Origin: Lama glama
Lineage: Eukaryota
NCBI GenBank assembly: GCA_028534125.1
Contig: CM052816.1
Span: forward strand, 94,986,001-95,050,000
Reading direction: 5' to 3'
DNA length: 64,000 nt
Both the position numbers and the translations under genes were made by a program. This document shows positions 11,943-24,839 of the stretch, piece by piece. Below the pieces are notes generated by a model. It was not told the DNA's origin. It ran no database searches and saw only the letters and a list, made by a program, of their open reading frames with translations. Numbering within the stretch: position 1 is the first letter of the stretch; the number at the start of each line of letters is the position of its first letter.

Positions 11943-13299
11943 TAAAAATACCTTACTTTAAAATAAATTTTAGTTACAGTTAGAATAAAGCTAAATATAA
12001 CCAGAGAACATGGAGTAAATTATCTACCAAAAGGTTTTTTTCTCCCTTCGATATCAAACACTTAGGCCAGTCTGCAGCAGTGGGCACTAATTGTAAGAAA
12101 TATCTAAGAACCAGAGAGTTAGCCAGGGGGAAAGATTTAACATATCTTGTTGTCTCCTTGGATCTATTTTCCACTGGGCCCTGAGTCGGTGGACACCCCT
12201 AAGTATGTTTCTTGCAAAGAAGTGTTCATGAATTTTTGGTCAAAAGATCTAGGGACCAACAGATCTGGGTGGAAAAAGAAGAAAGAAGTAGATCAGAGAT
12301 TAGTAGGGAAGGAAGGAAAAAAGGCATTCAGTTAAAACTCCATGGGCTAATAAAACATACAGAATTCTAATGTCCAAGCTGTTTACAAAACAAATCGCTA
12401 AGAAGAGATTACTGAGGAGATGCTTTCTTAAACACGTTAGATTTTTTCGTTGAACTTCTGTTGGGCCCTACTGTGAGCCCGGCACTGGAAATGCTTCCAT
12501 TATTATTTGTTAACTCTAGTCTGTAATCACACAGGGAAAAACAGTGTGTATTTTCACTAAAACAGAGAATAAATAGCTTGTGGCTTACAAATTTAATATT
12601 TAAGAGAAATAACTAAGTACCAGGAGAGATAAACGGTAAGGTAATTCCTGCGTAAGGAAAAAGCACTCTTTGCGTAACTTTTGCACGTGTGGTTTTGAAA
12701 CCAGTTATTTATTGAACACAGGCCGTTTGCTGGTTGGGTATCTGGAAAATGGAAAGTATTTGCAGACTTGCAGGAATTTCAGGCAGTCTTGTAGATAAAG
12801 GATGAGCACATGCTTCCGCATCCGTGATGCACAGGTAGATGGTAAATACGCCTGGTGAGTGGTGTAAACTCAAGGGCTCCCGGCGGTCTCCTTGGGGAGG
12901 GCGCGATTTCCTTGCCACTGGTGAGCAAGAGGGTTCTTCCAACACACTTGACAAGTCTTACGTTTTCATTCATCAGGTAGAAAGTTAGTACACCGTCCAT
13001 GCCAATGCATGTTTAGACATTTATTTTTCTTATATTGCACTCTTCAGACAAGGGAGAGAGGAAAGTTGACAAGCAATTTGTATTATGTCAGTTACACCAA
13101 ATCATATCCTCGTCTGCCCTTCTAATCACACAAAGTCCATGAGGCAAGATGTTCCGGAGGCTTCCGAGGTGGCTGCGGCAAAGTGAGGAGTACAGAATAG
13201 ACTCGGGGAGACCTCAGTGAAAAGAAGAGCAACTTGATACAACTGTCTCATGACTTTCAGAGAGTGACTTACATTCACCCATTTCTAGTAGTTACCTGG

Positions 13300-13660
13300 T
13301 GTGATGAGGTGAATGTTTAGGCACTGCACCCCTAGTCCATATGGTGAAGCTCTAAAACCCTCAGTGTGGTGGTATTTGGAGGCGGGACCTCTGGAAGGTG
13401 ATGTGTAGGATGAGGTCAGGTGGGTGAGCCCCTCCGGGTGGGATTAGTGCCCTTATGAGAAGAAGACACACGTGCACCTAGAAAAGGCCGTGTGAGCACA
13501 CAGGGAAAGTGCTATCGACAAGCCTGGAACACCAGGAACCCAGTCTCCCAGCACCTTGATCTTGAACTTTCCATCCTCAGGTTCTGTGAGAAACAAATGC
13601 CTATTGTTTAAGTCACCAAATCTGTGGCATTTTGTTACAGCAGCCAAGAGGACAGAGACC
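13300..13660 (+). mobile_element. MLT1A/B-type MaLR solo LTR
   Basis: ggtatttggaggcggg, gggattagtgcccttat, ccagcaccttgatcttgaactt, tgtttaagtcacc, ttgttacagcagcc. Confidence 0.9.
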
Positions 13661-13680
13661 CCCTCATTGTGACTCTAGAG

Positions 13681-13897
13681 CAACAGTTCTCAACCAGGGA
13701 CAGCTTCCCCCTCCCACCTGGGCAATATTTGGAAAAGTCTGGAGACAATTTTGTTTTTGGTGTAGGGGATTTGCTACTGGCATCTAGTGTGTGGAAGTCA
13801 GGGATGCCACTGGCCACCCTGCAGCGCACAGGACAGCCCCCCACAACAAAGCGTGGTCCAGCCCAAGTAGTAATAGTGCCCACGCTGAAGATGCTGG
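13681..13897. mobile_element. MER20 hAT-Charlie DNA transposon
   Basis: ttctcaaccaggg...tctggagacaattttg...gctactggcatctagtg...gcacaggacagccccccacaacaaag. Confidence 0.9.
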
Positions 13898-15587
13898 CTC
13901 TGGGTTCAGTGCAGACATCTCCTGCAAAGCCCTGAGAACCTGAGACATCCGATCCCTCCCCAGCAGCATTATTAGCTCCTGTCTTATAATTCTGAAAACC
14001 ACCAAGACTAGGAAACCCACCAAAGCACTGCTTTTGGTACCAGATGACATTAGCTGGAAATAGCACAGGTTCGACCCCTATTAATGATTGCACTGTGTCG
14101 TCTCATCCATGCTTGAGTCAGCACACCCTCCTCTGCCTGCGGGCTCACCCCAGAAGCCGTGCAGGGCGGGGAGGTCCGTGGCTCAAGAGGGTATGATGAG
14201 CACTCGTGGGCAGGTGACTGCACCATGAGAGAACAGTCCAGAAGCACTTCTGTGCCAGTTCTCTCCGAACCATTTCTCTCACCCTGCATAGACCTTTTTA
14301 GTTTCCCTGGCAACTAAATACATTACTCCCCAAAAAATACATGCATGTAAGATTTTTATGGTAAAAATAAAACAACATAACGCTAAATTTAGGACTAACA
14401 TTTGAGATCATTCAAATCTCTGAAAGCAACTGCCTTCACTTGGGGAAGAGCTTAGGCTTCAGTTTTAAGGGCTGGTTTGGGATGTGGGGCTGGTGTTTGC
14501 GTTGGTGGTGGGTGGGTGGGTTCTGCTCTGTTTATTCATGGCTGCTGTTTAGACGGAGAGATTAGATGGTGCGTCGCTTAGTGCAGTGGTTTTTGTTTTT
14601 ACTGACCTCCCAGTGCACGAAGTCACAGTATTGATGTATGCTTCCCAAATTCTCCATATACCCAGATCTGCACCTGTTACCAGGTAGACAAGAAACCCCT
14701 TGGTGGATAATGGCCTTGTTGCAGTCACCTGCTTCCCTAGGAGAAGCACAGCCTTCCCCACAGAGGTCTTAGCTGTAATGCAGTCTGTCCGCCTAACGCT
14801 CCTGAAATCCCTGAGGAGACTCCGTCGAGAGGAGTAGCTTAGGACAGAATTGCAACTTGATTCTCTGTTCCCGGCAACGTTGGAGGTTATCCCCACGCAA
14901 ACACCCAGGCTTTCTGTTGCTGTTCAGGACTTTCTAGAGAAATTGGTCTTGAGTTTGTCTTTGCACCATGAGCTGGGTCTGTGCACAGCTGGCTCTGGGG
15001 GACACAGAGAGAGTCTTCCTTCTAACAAAGTCGGACGAAGCAGAGTCCAGTGGTAACGACAGCGACGATCGCAGCCGACGACACGGGCTGAAACGTCGTC
15101 GTTTTCATTTAAGGGATGTGTGTTTCCTTTTGCTTACTTTGTCTTAAACACCAATCTTAGAGACCTAGAAGCTGGGGAGGTCCTTCAAGGGGGTTTCCGA
15201 GCGTGCTGACAGTAAAGTGACAGATTACATGGGATCACATACGACGAAGGAAACATGAATTTTGTCAAATAAAGTGAAAGATAGGTAACTGTTATTTGTG
15301 GTTCCTCTTCAAAGAAGCCGCTCCAAACGTGGACCTGAACCCAAATGTTGCCCAGTGGGTTCATTTGCTGCGGCTGCTGTAACAAAGTGCTGCTAACTGG
15401 GAGATTAAAGAAAACATATTTATTGCCTCGTGGTTCTGGAGGCCAGACGGTGTCAGCGGGGCTGGTTCCTTCTGAGACCAGGAGGGAGAATGTGGTCCAG
15501 TCTCTCCCCTAGCTCCTGGTGTTTGCTGGCCATCAGAGGCATCTCTTGGCTTGTAGAACCATCACCTTGATCTCTGTCTTCATCTTT

Positions 15588-15872
15588 ATTTTTTTAACTA
15601 TTTGTAACAGAAATATTTGTTTTCATATTCTTTTCCATTATAAGTTGCTATGAGATACTCAATACAGTTCCCTGTGCTATACAGTAGAAACTTGTTGTTT
15701 ATCTATTTTATATATAGTAATTAGTATTTGCAAATCTTGAACTCCCAATTTATCCCTTCCCACCCCCTTTCCCTCCAGTCACCATAGGTTTGTTTACTAT
15801 TTCTGTGAGTCTGTTTCTGTTTTGCAGGTAAGTTCCTTAGTGTCTGTCTTCCTTTCTTTCTTTTCTTTCTTT

Positions 15873-15935
<63 letters not shown>

Positions 15936-15994
15936 CTCTTTCTCTCTCTCTTTCTTTCTCTCTTTCTTTCTCTTTCTCTCTTTCTCTCTTTCTC

Positions 15995-16053
<59 letters not shown>

Positions 16054-16238
16054 AAGATTCCACATATAAGTGATACCATGTGGTATTTTTCGTTCTCTTT
16101 CTGGCTTACTTCACTTAGTATGACCATCTCAAGGTCCATCCAGGTTGCTGCAAATGGCATTGTTTTAATTTTTATGGCTGAGTAGTATTCCATTGTATAA
16201 ATATACCACAGCTTCTTTATCCTGTCCTCTGTCAATGG
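15588..16238 (-). mobile_element. L1 3' end nested in MLT1
   Basis: cagttccctgtgctatacagtag, agattccacatataagtgatac, ggctgagtagtattccattg; TSD-like tctgtcttcatcttt (15573-15587) and tctgcctccatcttt (16239-16253). Confidence 0.9.
15847..16053. repeat. Compound (CTTT)n/(CT)n microsatellite, 207 nt of pure pyrimidine
   Basis: No purine on the + strand between 15847 and 16053. Confidence 0.98.
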
Positions 16239-16730
16239 TCTGCCTCCATCTTTGCACAGTGTTCTCCCTATGTGTGTGTCTGTCTCCAAATTTCTCCTTT
16301 TTCTAAGGACTCCAGTCACACCAGATTAGAGACCTACCCTGTTCCAGTATGACCTCATCTTGAATAATGGCATCTACAATGACTCCATCTCCAAAGAAGG
16401 CCACATTCTGGAGTAAAGGAGGGTTAGGACCTCAACTTATGAATGGGCAAGGGGTGGGGGGAGATAGATACACAGTTCCACTCATAACCAGCACCATTCC
16501 CATTTTCACCCCATTCCACCCAAAATGGCCACACTAGCTGCTAAGCAAGCAGCCAATCTGCCCTTCACCACAGGATGGGGATGTGGTCAGCCACTTAATT
16601 TTCTTGGTTAGAACCCACAAGGGTGACAGTCCCGAGTCTCCAACTAAAGAAGGAAGGAAAGAAGAGATGACAGAGAAGAGAAAGAATATTCTTCAAGAAA
16701 AATAAAGGGCAAGGAGAAACAAAGGAGGGA

Positions 16731-17113
16731 GCAGTGAGTTGAATGGTGGCTCCTCAAAATACAGATCTACATTCAAATCCTCACAATGTCTGAATGTGAC
16801 CTTATTTGGAAAAAGAATCTCTGCAGATGTAATTAAGTTAAGGATCTTGGGATGAGATGATCACAACTACTCAGGCGGGCCCTAAATCAGTGACAAGTGT
16901 CACTTGGCAGAGTTGGAGATGACACAGACACACAGAGGAGATGGCCCTGGGAAGATGGAGGCGGAGACTAGGGTGACGCAGCCACGAGTCGGTAAATGCC
17001 AGGAGCCACCAGAAGCTGGAAGAGGCTCTCCTGGAGCCTTGAAGGAGCTGGGCCCTGCCAACACCTTGATTTCAGACTTCTGGCCTCAAGAACTGTGAGA
17101 AAATAAATTTCTG
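16731..17113 (+). mobile_element. MLT1C/D-type MaLR LTR, 3' end lost
   Basis: ttgaatggtggc, tgaatgtgaccttatttgga, gcagatgtaattaagttaagg, ccaccagaagctggaagagg, gccaacaccttgatttcagacttctggcc. Confidence 0.9.
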
Positions 17114-20100
17114 ATAGAAATAGATTTCCGACACCTGAGCATCACCCACGGTGGCTAAGGGGACACCTCCCTGAAGTCCCGAATTCCTCTCCAGCTGGGC
17201 TCTGGCCTGACTTCCCTGAGGACGAGCAGGAGCGCCAGATGGCTCTCTGCCCTCTCCCAGGTCACAGTTTCCCTTCCTTGAATAAGGCTGTTAATTCCAG
17301 GCCCCGCCCACCTCGCAGCTCCTGTACTTGGCCTTTGCCATTTGTCCCTGGAAGGAAAGGAGCTGCTGTGAGATCTCCAGGTAGTTAGTGGCACTAAGTT
17401 AGGCCAGAGTAGCACCACCGAATCATCACCCTTTCAGAAGAGCTGACGGGCCGCACATTCCTGGAAGCATACTCTGCGTTCCTATTGACTTTGAAAATAA
17501 GGTAGCAGAGATGCCACCCTGGACTACACGCGGCACGCAGAAAGCATTTCGATCACGCGAAGACTCCCAGTTGTTTTTGCTCGATGCTTGGTTTGGATTT
17601 GCGTAGATTTGGGGTTTGTTTTGACGTTGCTGACCACCATCATTGCATTATAATCATTAACTGTTTGTAGACCAGAGTGTAGGCTCCTGGGTGATTCTTT
17701 TCGATCATGCTGAATCAGCTTGACAGAGCGCCAGGGCTATGCCTGCAGTGTCCGTTCTAGAAGTTGACACTGGGAAGAAGTCATTCCTACCGAGGAGGTG
17801 GCCCTCCCACCAGCAGACCACACCGCGGTGAGAGCAGCCAGCCAGGATAGTCAGATCCCCGCAGGGCGGAGGCTGCCGTCACTCGAGTGTGCAGGTCACT
17901 CTCAGACAGACCCCCTCTCTCTTCTGCCTGAGACAAGTGCATGCTTCCTGTTTTCAAAAACTGCAACCGTTTAGGTAAGAAAACTCAACCACCAGCTGTT
18001 CTGCTGGGCTTGGGGGCAACTGATCTACCAAAACTCTGTCTAATATTTTCCTACCTTGTTTTAATCTTCTTTACAGTCTCTTCTGTTCAGTGTATCTTCC
18101 TCCTTTGCTCCAAGTGAAATCCCTTTACAATAAAGAAACTGCCAAAGGACTGTCCAGTTTTTTTTTCTTTTCCTAGAATTTTGCAATATTAAATGTTGTT
18201 CGTAATGAATGTGTCGTCAGCTGGGCTCAGAGCTAATATTTAGTCATTTTGATCGAGTAGGACTGGTGGAAATCAACTTTGGTCCATTTCTGGTTCTCTG
18301 GGCTCATTTTTTGCTTCTGCTTTTGTATCTACTTGGCCTCTTTTTATTCATTATCATCATACCTTATCTTTTTTCTGTCTATCACCTTGTGGATTGTCCA
18401 CATAATTATGAGTTGTTGATTTTATTTTAGTATAGCACAAACACACTTACCAGAGTTTTAAATTCATAAAAGTGTAAATCCCTTAAGTTTTAGTTGTACA
18501 CACACAGAAACCTACAATATATAAACAGTAGAATTCTAGATACATTAATAATGCTGACAATTTCATATGAAAGATCCACTGTGGTTACTTAATAAAGAAA
18601 CAAGCAATGTTCTATAGCCCAATATATTTTTTAGTTCACAGGAGGAGTGTTTTTCACTAGCCAGGAAATTTGGAGAAATATCTAAAACACAACCCATTTT
18701 TATTAAAATGATTTGTCATTATCTTTGGGTTCCAATAAGGAACCTCAAACCATAATTGGCATTCTTCCTACTATCAAAAATATAAAAGATACCACATTTC
18801 TTTATTCTAAAAAAAAATTACATATGGACAGAAACTAAAAAATAATCTTTGACCTAGACATTGAGTTATATAAATAAAGACTTAAAAATCAATCTCAAAG
18901 TAGGACAAATGAAGAGAAGATTTTTTTCTTAAAGAAAAGGAATGATCACTTTTGTTAGTGAGAACTGCTCTACACCGTCTTGTATCTAGAGAAGGAGATT
19001 ATTTCCTCAGCATAAGGGAGACGGGGGGTTTATAAGATATGGAATAAGTTCAGGCCCCTGGCATATAATTTAGTGTCCATGATGTGTGTTAGAAGGTTAG
19101 ATGGATTGATGGCTTCAGTCGACCCCACACTACCTCGAGTTACCTGCTCTCTGACATTTATTTCAACTGTGAAGGTGGATCTTTCATGCCCAGGGTTTAT
19201 AGAAACAAAATCAGACCTTGGGGAGCCAGTCCCCCAAATCCAGATAAGACCCACTGGTATCCAAACTCAGTTCAGTAACATAAATCAGAACTGCCTAGTG
19301 GAAACCAGCACTTGACTTGGCTGGCAGGTCCTAGGAAGAAAATCAACTTGGGACATAACATTAAGTGAATTTCCGTCTATGAACTTCCTCTATTTGAGAA
19401 CCTGCCCTGGGGATTCTTCCATAAGCAACTCACTGATTGCTGAGGAAGGTGGAATTATAGGCGGATAACCATATATCCTTCTTCTGTGACATTTATCTCT
19501 CTGGTTTACGAAGGCCTCTGTGAGCAAAGAATGGGGGTAAGGGGTGAATGTATGAAGTCAGAAAAAGCCTGATGCATTTAGGAACAAGGTGTGTTTACAG
19601 TGAGCAACTCCTAACAGCCAGTGCTTAAAAATGCACTACCTACCATGCATTCTCTCCAGCTGTCCTTGGCATGGGCAGAGCACTTCTGAGTTTCATCCAC
19701 AGTAAGTCAGGTTGCTGTGAAGCTAGGATGTCTTTGGTGGGACAGATGTGTGGGTATTTGGTGACATGGAGGAATAATAGTAACACGAGCAGAAATGCAG
19801 CTGCCCTCATCCAGCAGGACCACCCCGAGTGAGGCCCCCAGACCCCAGTCCTCTGGGAGGAGAATGGGTGTCATGCCCAGAAAGGGTCCTCTTTTCAGAT
19901 AAATTTGGGAAACTCGAGGTTAAACTCAGTTCACCAAGTGGTTGCATTTTGTGTAACTGTCGGACTGGGAAGGGCCTTCGCTTTGCTGCCATACATTGTA
20001 AGCCTCCAAGTGTCAAGTGCGGCATTTCCCACACACGTGCTACAGTGAAACCCTTAGAATACAGCATCCGGTCGAACTGGTGTTCCAGGGACCTGTCACA

Positions 20101-23100
20101 GAGGTAGGTGACGACCGCAGCAGGATAATAAATGTGAATGCATTCTCATCACAGCGCTGTGGTTGCATCTCACATTGTGTAGTCAGAGAGCTCAGTAAAT
20201 TGTTTATTCATTTATCAGGAAGTGTAAGGTTATTAGATGCCATCCTGTCCTGTTTATATTATTGTTGGAAAGATCAGTTACACACGCAAGCTGATTAGGT
20301 GCAACTTCAGTGAACGTGTCATCCGAATCAGTGAGCTTTGGGGTAGGTGTCTTACAGGCAGGACAGATTATACCTGTGGAAAGAGCTCAGAGGTGGGAGT
20401 GAGGAGGGCTGGTGGGAGAGAGAAGTTTCTAGCCAAGAGACTCACAGAAAGATACCAAAGCCAAGAGATAGTCCTGCAGCCTCACACACACCATTTAATC
20501 TCTTTAGACTGCATCTGTCTGTATGTAAATTGGAAACGGTACCTGCCTTTTCTGTACCCCTGGGGAGGTGCAAAGCAGAAACTGAAACAGAAGTGAATTT
20601 TCTTGAAAAAGGTAAAGCACTCCGTAACGTAAACTATGAGTAGTAATATATGAAGAAGACCTCTAGCTGATTCCCTCTCTTTGTGCCCTTTGTGGAGACT
20701 ACTTTTTATTTTGGCAGAGGGGTAGGTCAGTTTGAGAAAGTGAGAACATGGAATACAATGTTGCACTTCTTCATCAGACTCTTTGCATTAATCAGTGCAC
20801 GACCATTATCCAGATGTGCTGATATCTAGCCAGAGGACTAATTTCCGATTCTACCCCTGAAAACAAACTTTTCTTACAGAAATACCAACCTCATCTGTCT
20901 CAGACACACCATTGAAATGTTCATCCCAGGGGAGTTTTGGATCTTTGTTAGATAGCAATCTGGACCTAAAAATAATAAGCCTTTGTAGGTTTCTCCCCTG
21001 AAGCTGGAATCGGTGTTTAAATTTTCACCTTTACTTCCTTTCTGCTAAAATTAAGCAGTGAATTGAGATAATAGTTTTTTGCTATCATGGTTAATATTTA
21101 ATCAAGTGATTTAAATCCCATTAAAATGTATTACACCAGTTACTTGCCTCATTTTCAATATTTCTCAAAAATCCATTTGTTTCCAGTTCAAAAAGGTGCT
21201 TCAGCAAGCCTCCTGTTAATTAACTGTGGTTTTTATTTTTAGAGTGATTCTTAGACAAATTAAATATGCGTATCTTAGCCACCTTCTCCTCCGTATTTCT
21301 ACTCATTCCCTTACTTCTTGACACTTCAACAATGTGAGAATTTCTCAGAGTGTAATTCAGTGAAATCTTCTGCGTAAGATCTCAAGGTGCTGAAAAATAC
21401 AATCCCTTTTGTCTTCCAAACAGATGGAACAGGTTATTTATTTGGACGTGGTAACTCTTGGAAGGACTGAATAGCATATACCGCGAACCTGTAAGATGTG
21501 CTTTCCTCAATATGATTTCTATTCAGAGGGTTGAATTACAGTTTGAATCATTTTCTCAGACCGACTGCTTACCAATTCAGGCATGTGAGAGAGGTTCTGA
21601 TATGTGTCATAAGGTCGTGCGTGCTTTTTCAAGTCACGGTCATTAGAAGGAGCATAAGGAACTTGAGTGTCTCTCCCAGCATTTGTGTCAGCCTCTGCCC
21701 GCAGCAACCGCTGATTCCCAGCCTCCCTTCTAACCCTGACTGTCCCTCTCTCTCCCCTTCTCTCTTTCTATTTAGATAAATCATTAATCAATTAAAGCAA
21801 CTAGAAGGAACATAAAAGAAGGTTCATTTTTTAAAAAATTAATGCAGCTCATTAAATATTTATTTGAATCCAGCGGAAGCAAAGGGGCAGGTGTGGAGAT
21901 GAATGGGTCCCATTCTGGGAAGAAGGGGCTGACATGATCAAACCACAGCCATTTTCCAGTCTGTGAAAGGGAGGTAGACAGAAGCATCAAGAGAAAGAGA
22001 TTTTTACTACAAATTGTGCAAGGGATCCAGACCTAAGAAGAGACAGCCTTCCCCATTTAAAATAAAAAAGCACAAATTTACCATGGTTAGTCAGTTCATG
22101 GGGGACAAACGGCAGTTTTCTCACAAGATAATCTGCTGGCTGTCACGTATAGGGGTTGCAAACATCAGAGATAAAGTTGGTTTGGGAGTCAGTAGCTGCT
22201 AGAAGATTACTCGAAGATTCATTATTTGGGACTAGGACTGTTTTGTTTTTTTCTTTTCTTGATTTGTTTCCCTGGGCTGCTGTCTTGTTTTGTTCTGTTT
22301 TCCTGACTCTGGGCTGTGATGAGCACATGATGTGCAGGCAGTCAGGAAGAAGGCAAAACAAGGTACCAGTTTTCCTTCATGGGCCCTCCTGATGCTGACG
22401 TTCTGCCCCTCAGATGCAGATTTAACCGCTGGTGTTTGTTTAGCAGTTTTCTTGTTTGTGACTGTTAATTTGATGGTTTCCAAATTTGACCAGTTATACA
22501 GACATAGGTAAACTCATTCATAAAGTCCTCTGAACACGGTTACCAAAACCAGACCGATGTGATAATAAAGCTCGAAAGTTAACTTTTGTTTTGCTTGTAG
22601 ATCCTAGGTTGGTCATTTTGGTTCCTTTGTGTCATAGAAATATTTTACTCCCTTTCGCCTCATCTACTGGGATCAGTGACCCAGCACTGGCAGCCTCACC
22701 TCCGTTACCTGGGACGCAGGGGTTGTTCCATCTCTCTGGGCCCCAACTTTCAATACTCCTGGCCATGCTGCCTGGAGGGCTAGGCTACCGTAGGCCACAC
22801 AAGGCGAGTCAGGCCAGTGTCCTGGGAGGATGCTGTGGGCACTAGTCCCACACATAGGGTCTCCTTGCTTTTTAATGGGCTTATCATATGTAATTAAACT
22901 ATATTTGCCTTTAAATGTGGCCTCTGTGGCATGGTCATGGATACAGATTTAATTTTTTCAGTGATGTCCTAGTAGAAGGGAAGACAGACTATAGTTCGAT
23001 CTATAAAATTCTATGGTTAAAGAAGATAAACAGGTTAGCCAGGACTTTTTTTTTTTTTAGTATTATTTAAGTACTGTTTTAAGTTGTGTAGGGAGGACCA

Positions 23101-24839
23101 AGGAACATATGTTGTTAAACAGGATAATGATGATGGTAATGATGATGATGAATTTTTCCTGAGAGCTTATTATCTTATCTATTTGAAGAATTTTCCTTTT
23201 TTCCTGAGTTCTGAAGGATTAACTAGAACAAGATTCCACTTAAAGAATGTTTCACTTCGTTGTTATAAGCATAACCTGTTACATCAAGCATTAAAGACAG
23301 AGGAAGTAGAAAGAAGGACTTTGTAACGTGCCCAATTCAAAATAGAAAATTAACCTCAAGTAAGTTTGTTTCATTAAGTCTAAGTAATTAATCCTTGCTC
23401 TCTTGATCTTGGGTTAGTTGGCAGTGCAGATTCCCAAAGTGAATGAGTTCTGGAGCCCTGACGCCATCCCTCGGTCGTCTGAAAGATGCGCCTTTGCTGT
23501 AAGGATATCACCTTTGCAGGGAGGCCTGTAACCAAGAGCCTGTTTTCCATTGTACCAAGCGTTAAGGGTTCCTATTAGAGTTCTTTAATCAGGCTCTTTT
23601 GATGTTTCTTCCAACAGACCCAATTACTGATCTGTGGCCCTGGCGGGGTCTTTGGGAGAGTGTGAGAGAAAATCAGACACCACTTGTTAATGATAAGGCA
23701 GAATTGCTCTGATTATTTACTCATCACAACCAATCATATCCAAATGGAGACAAGTTTAGTTTTATGAAAAGGTAGTCAGTGACTACCATTATAGTAAGTA
23801 TATATTACAGACAGTGAGGGCACTGAAAACTCACCAGGATCTTTTAATTTATCCCATCAAGAGTATGTTAGGATTCCCACCAACTGAAAAGGCTCTTTTA
23901 AGCCTAGAAATGGAATCTTTCTTTTAAAAACTTTTGGCCGTTATTGCGCCAGCCTCTAACATGAAAGGGAGGTTGCTTCCAACCAAACTGAAAGATCCGT
24001 AACTTCTGGAGCATCATCACAAGACTTGTCATCATTAAGTGGAGGTTGAGTTTCTCTTTTTTTCATTTGCCAGGTCTTTTTTTTTTTGTTGGAGGCTTGA
24101 TAAATAGGACAGCTCTTACAATACTAATAAACCAAATAAAAATCTGTAGAATACCAAACATAACCTAATTATTCCTAACATCCCTTATTTCATAAGGTGA
24201 TAAAGAAAAACTCTTTGATGTTACCCAGCAGCAGTCTGGGAAACACGAAAGATGGTTTAGATGTAAAACATTTTTTAAAGTTTTATTAGTTTGACTATGG
24301 GGTATAGATTTGGAGAAGGCAATTTCAAAAAGGGCTGTCAGGGGACACAAAATATAAGTTCTTATTGCCTAAAGACAGAAAATGAGTGCAGCTTAGTTCC
24401 AAATTTTCCCATGTAAACAGACATTCAAACCTTCTCAATAACCAAACAATGCCATAGTGAATGTGTCACCTCTTTGGTCTAAAAGCCACATAAACCAGTT
24501 TTAAAATATAGATTTTTTTTGGCATATGCTTTCTCCCCTTTTATGATAAGCTGTTTGTATTAGATGTCCTCAAAGTGGTAGATTTTATGAAACATTAAGC
24601 TCCAAGCTTTTCCAAAAAGACAAAGGAATGAGGAAAAGGAGCTAAGAGCACTGCAGAAAGAGCTGTGACTCCGCACAGAGTGTTGCACTGCTGATCGCTA
24701 GTAAGGACTAAAGATTTTCCTTGGGCAAAGGAGCTAAAGGCTCTTTTCACATTTTCCTATAGATACACAATCACGAGAAAATCAGTGCCTCGCTTTTACA
24801 TCTTCAACCACTGATCAGTGTAAATTCAGAGTGGGGAGA

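Larger units (their letters stand above)
15352..16490 (-). mobile_element. MLT1B/C-type MaLR LTR split by an L1 insertion
   Basis: gctgctgtaacaaag, ggttctggaggccaga, gctggttccttctgag (15352-15587); resumes at ~16240 with tctccaaatttctcc, atgacctcatctt, cacattctg...gttaggac. Confidence 0.85.

Noticed and set aside
15721..16319. K/E/R-rich ORFs of 114 and 160 aa
   Set aside because: Translation of the CTTT microsatellite plus L1 3' sequence; not a gene.
15352..17113. Oppositely oriented MLT1 LTRs as a dsRNA or editing substrate
   Set aside because: Ancient, highly diverged, and one is interrupted; a stable duplex is unlikely.
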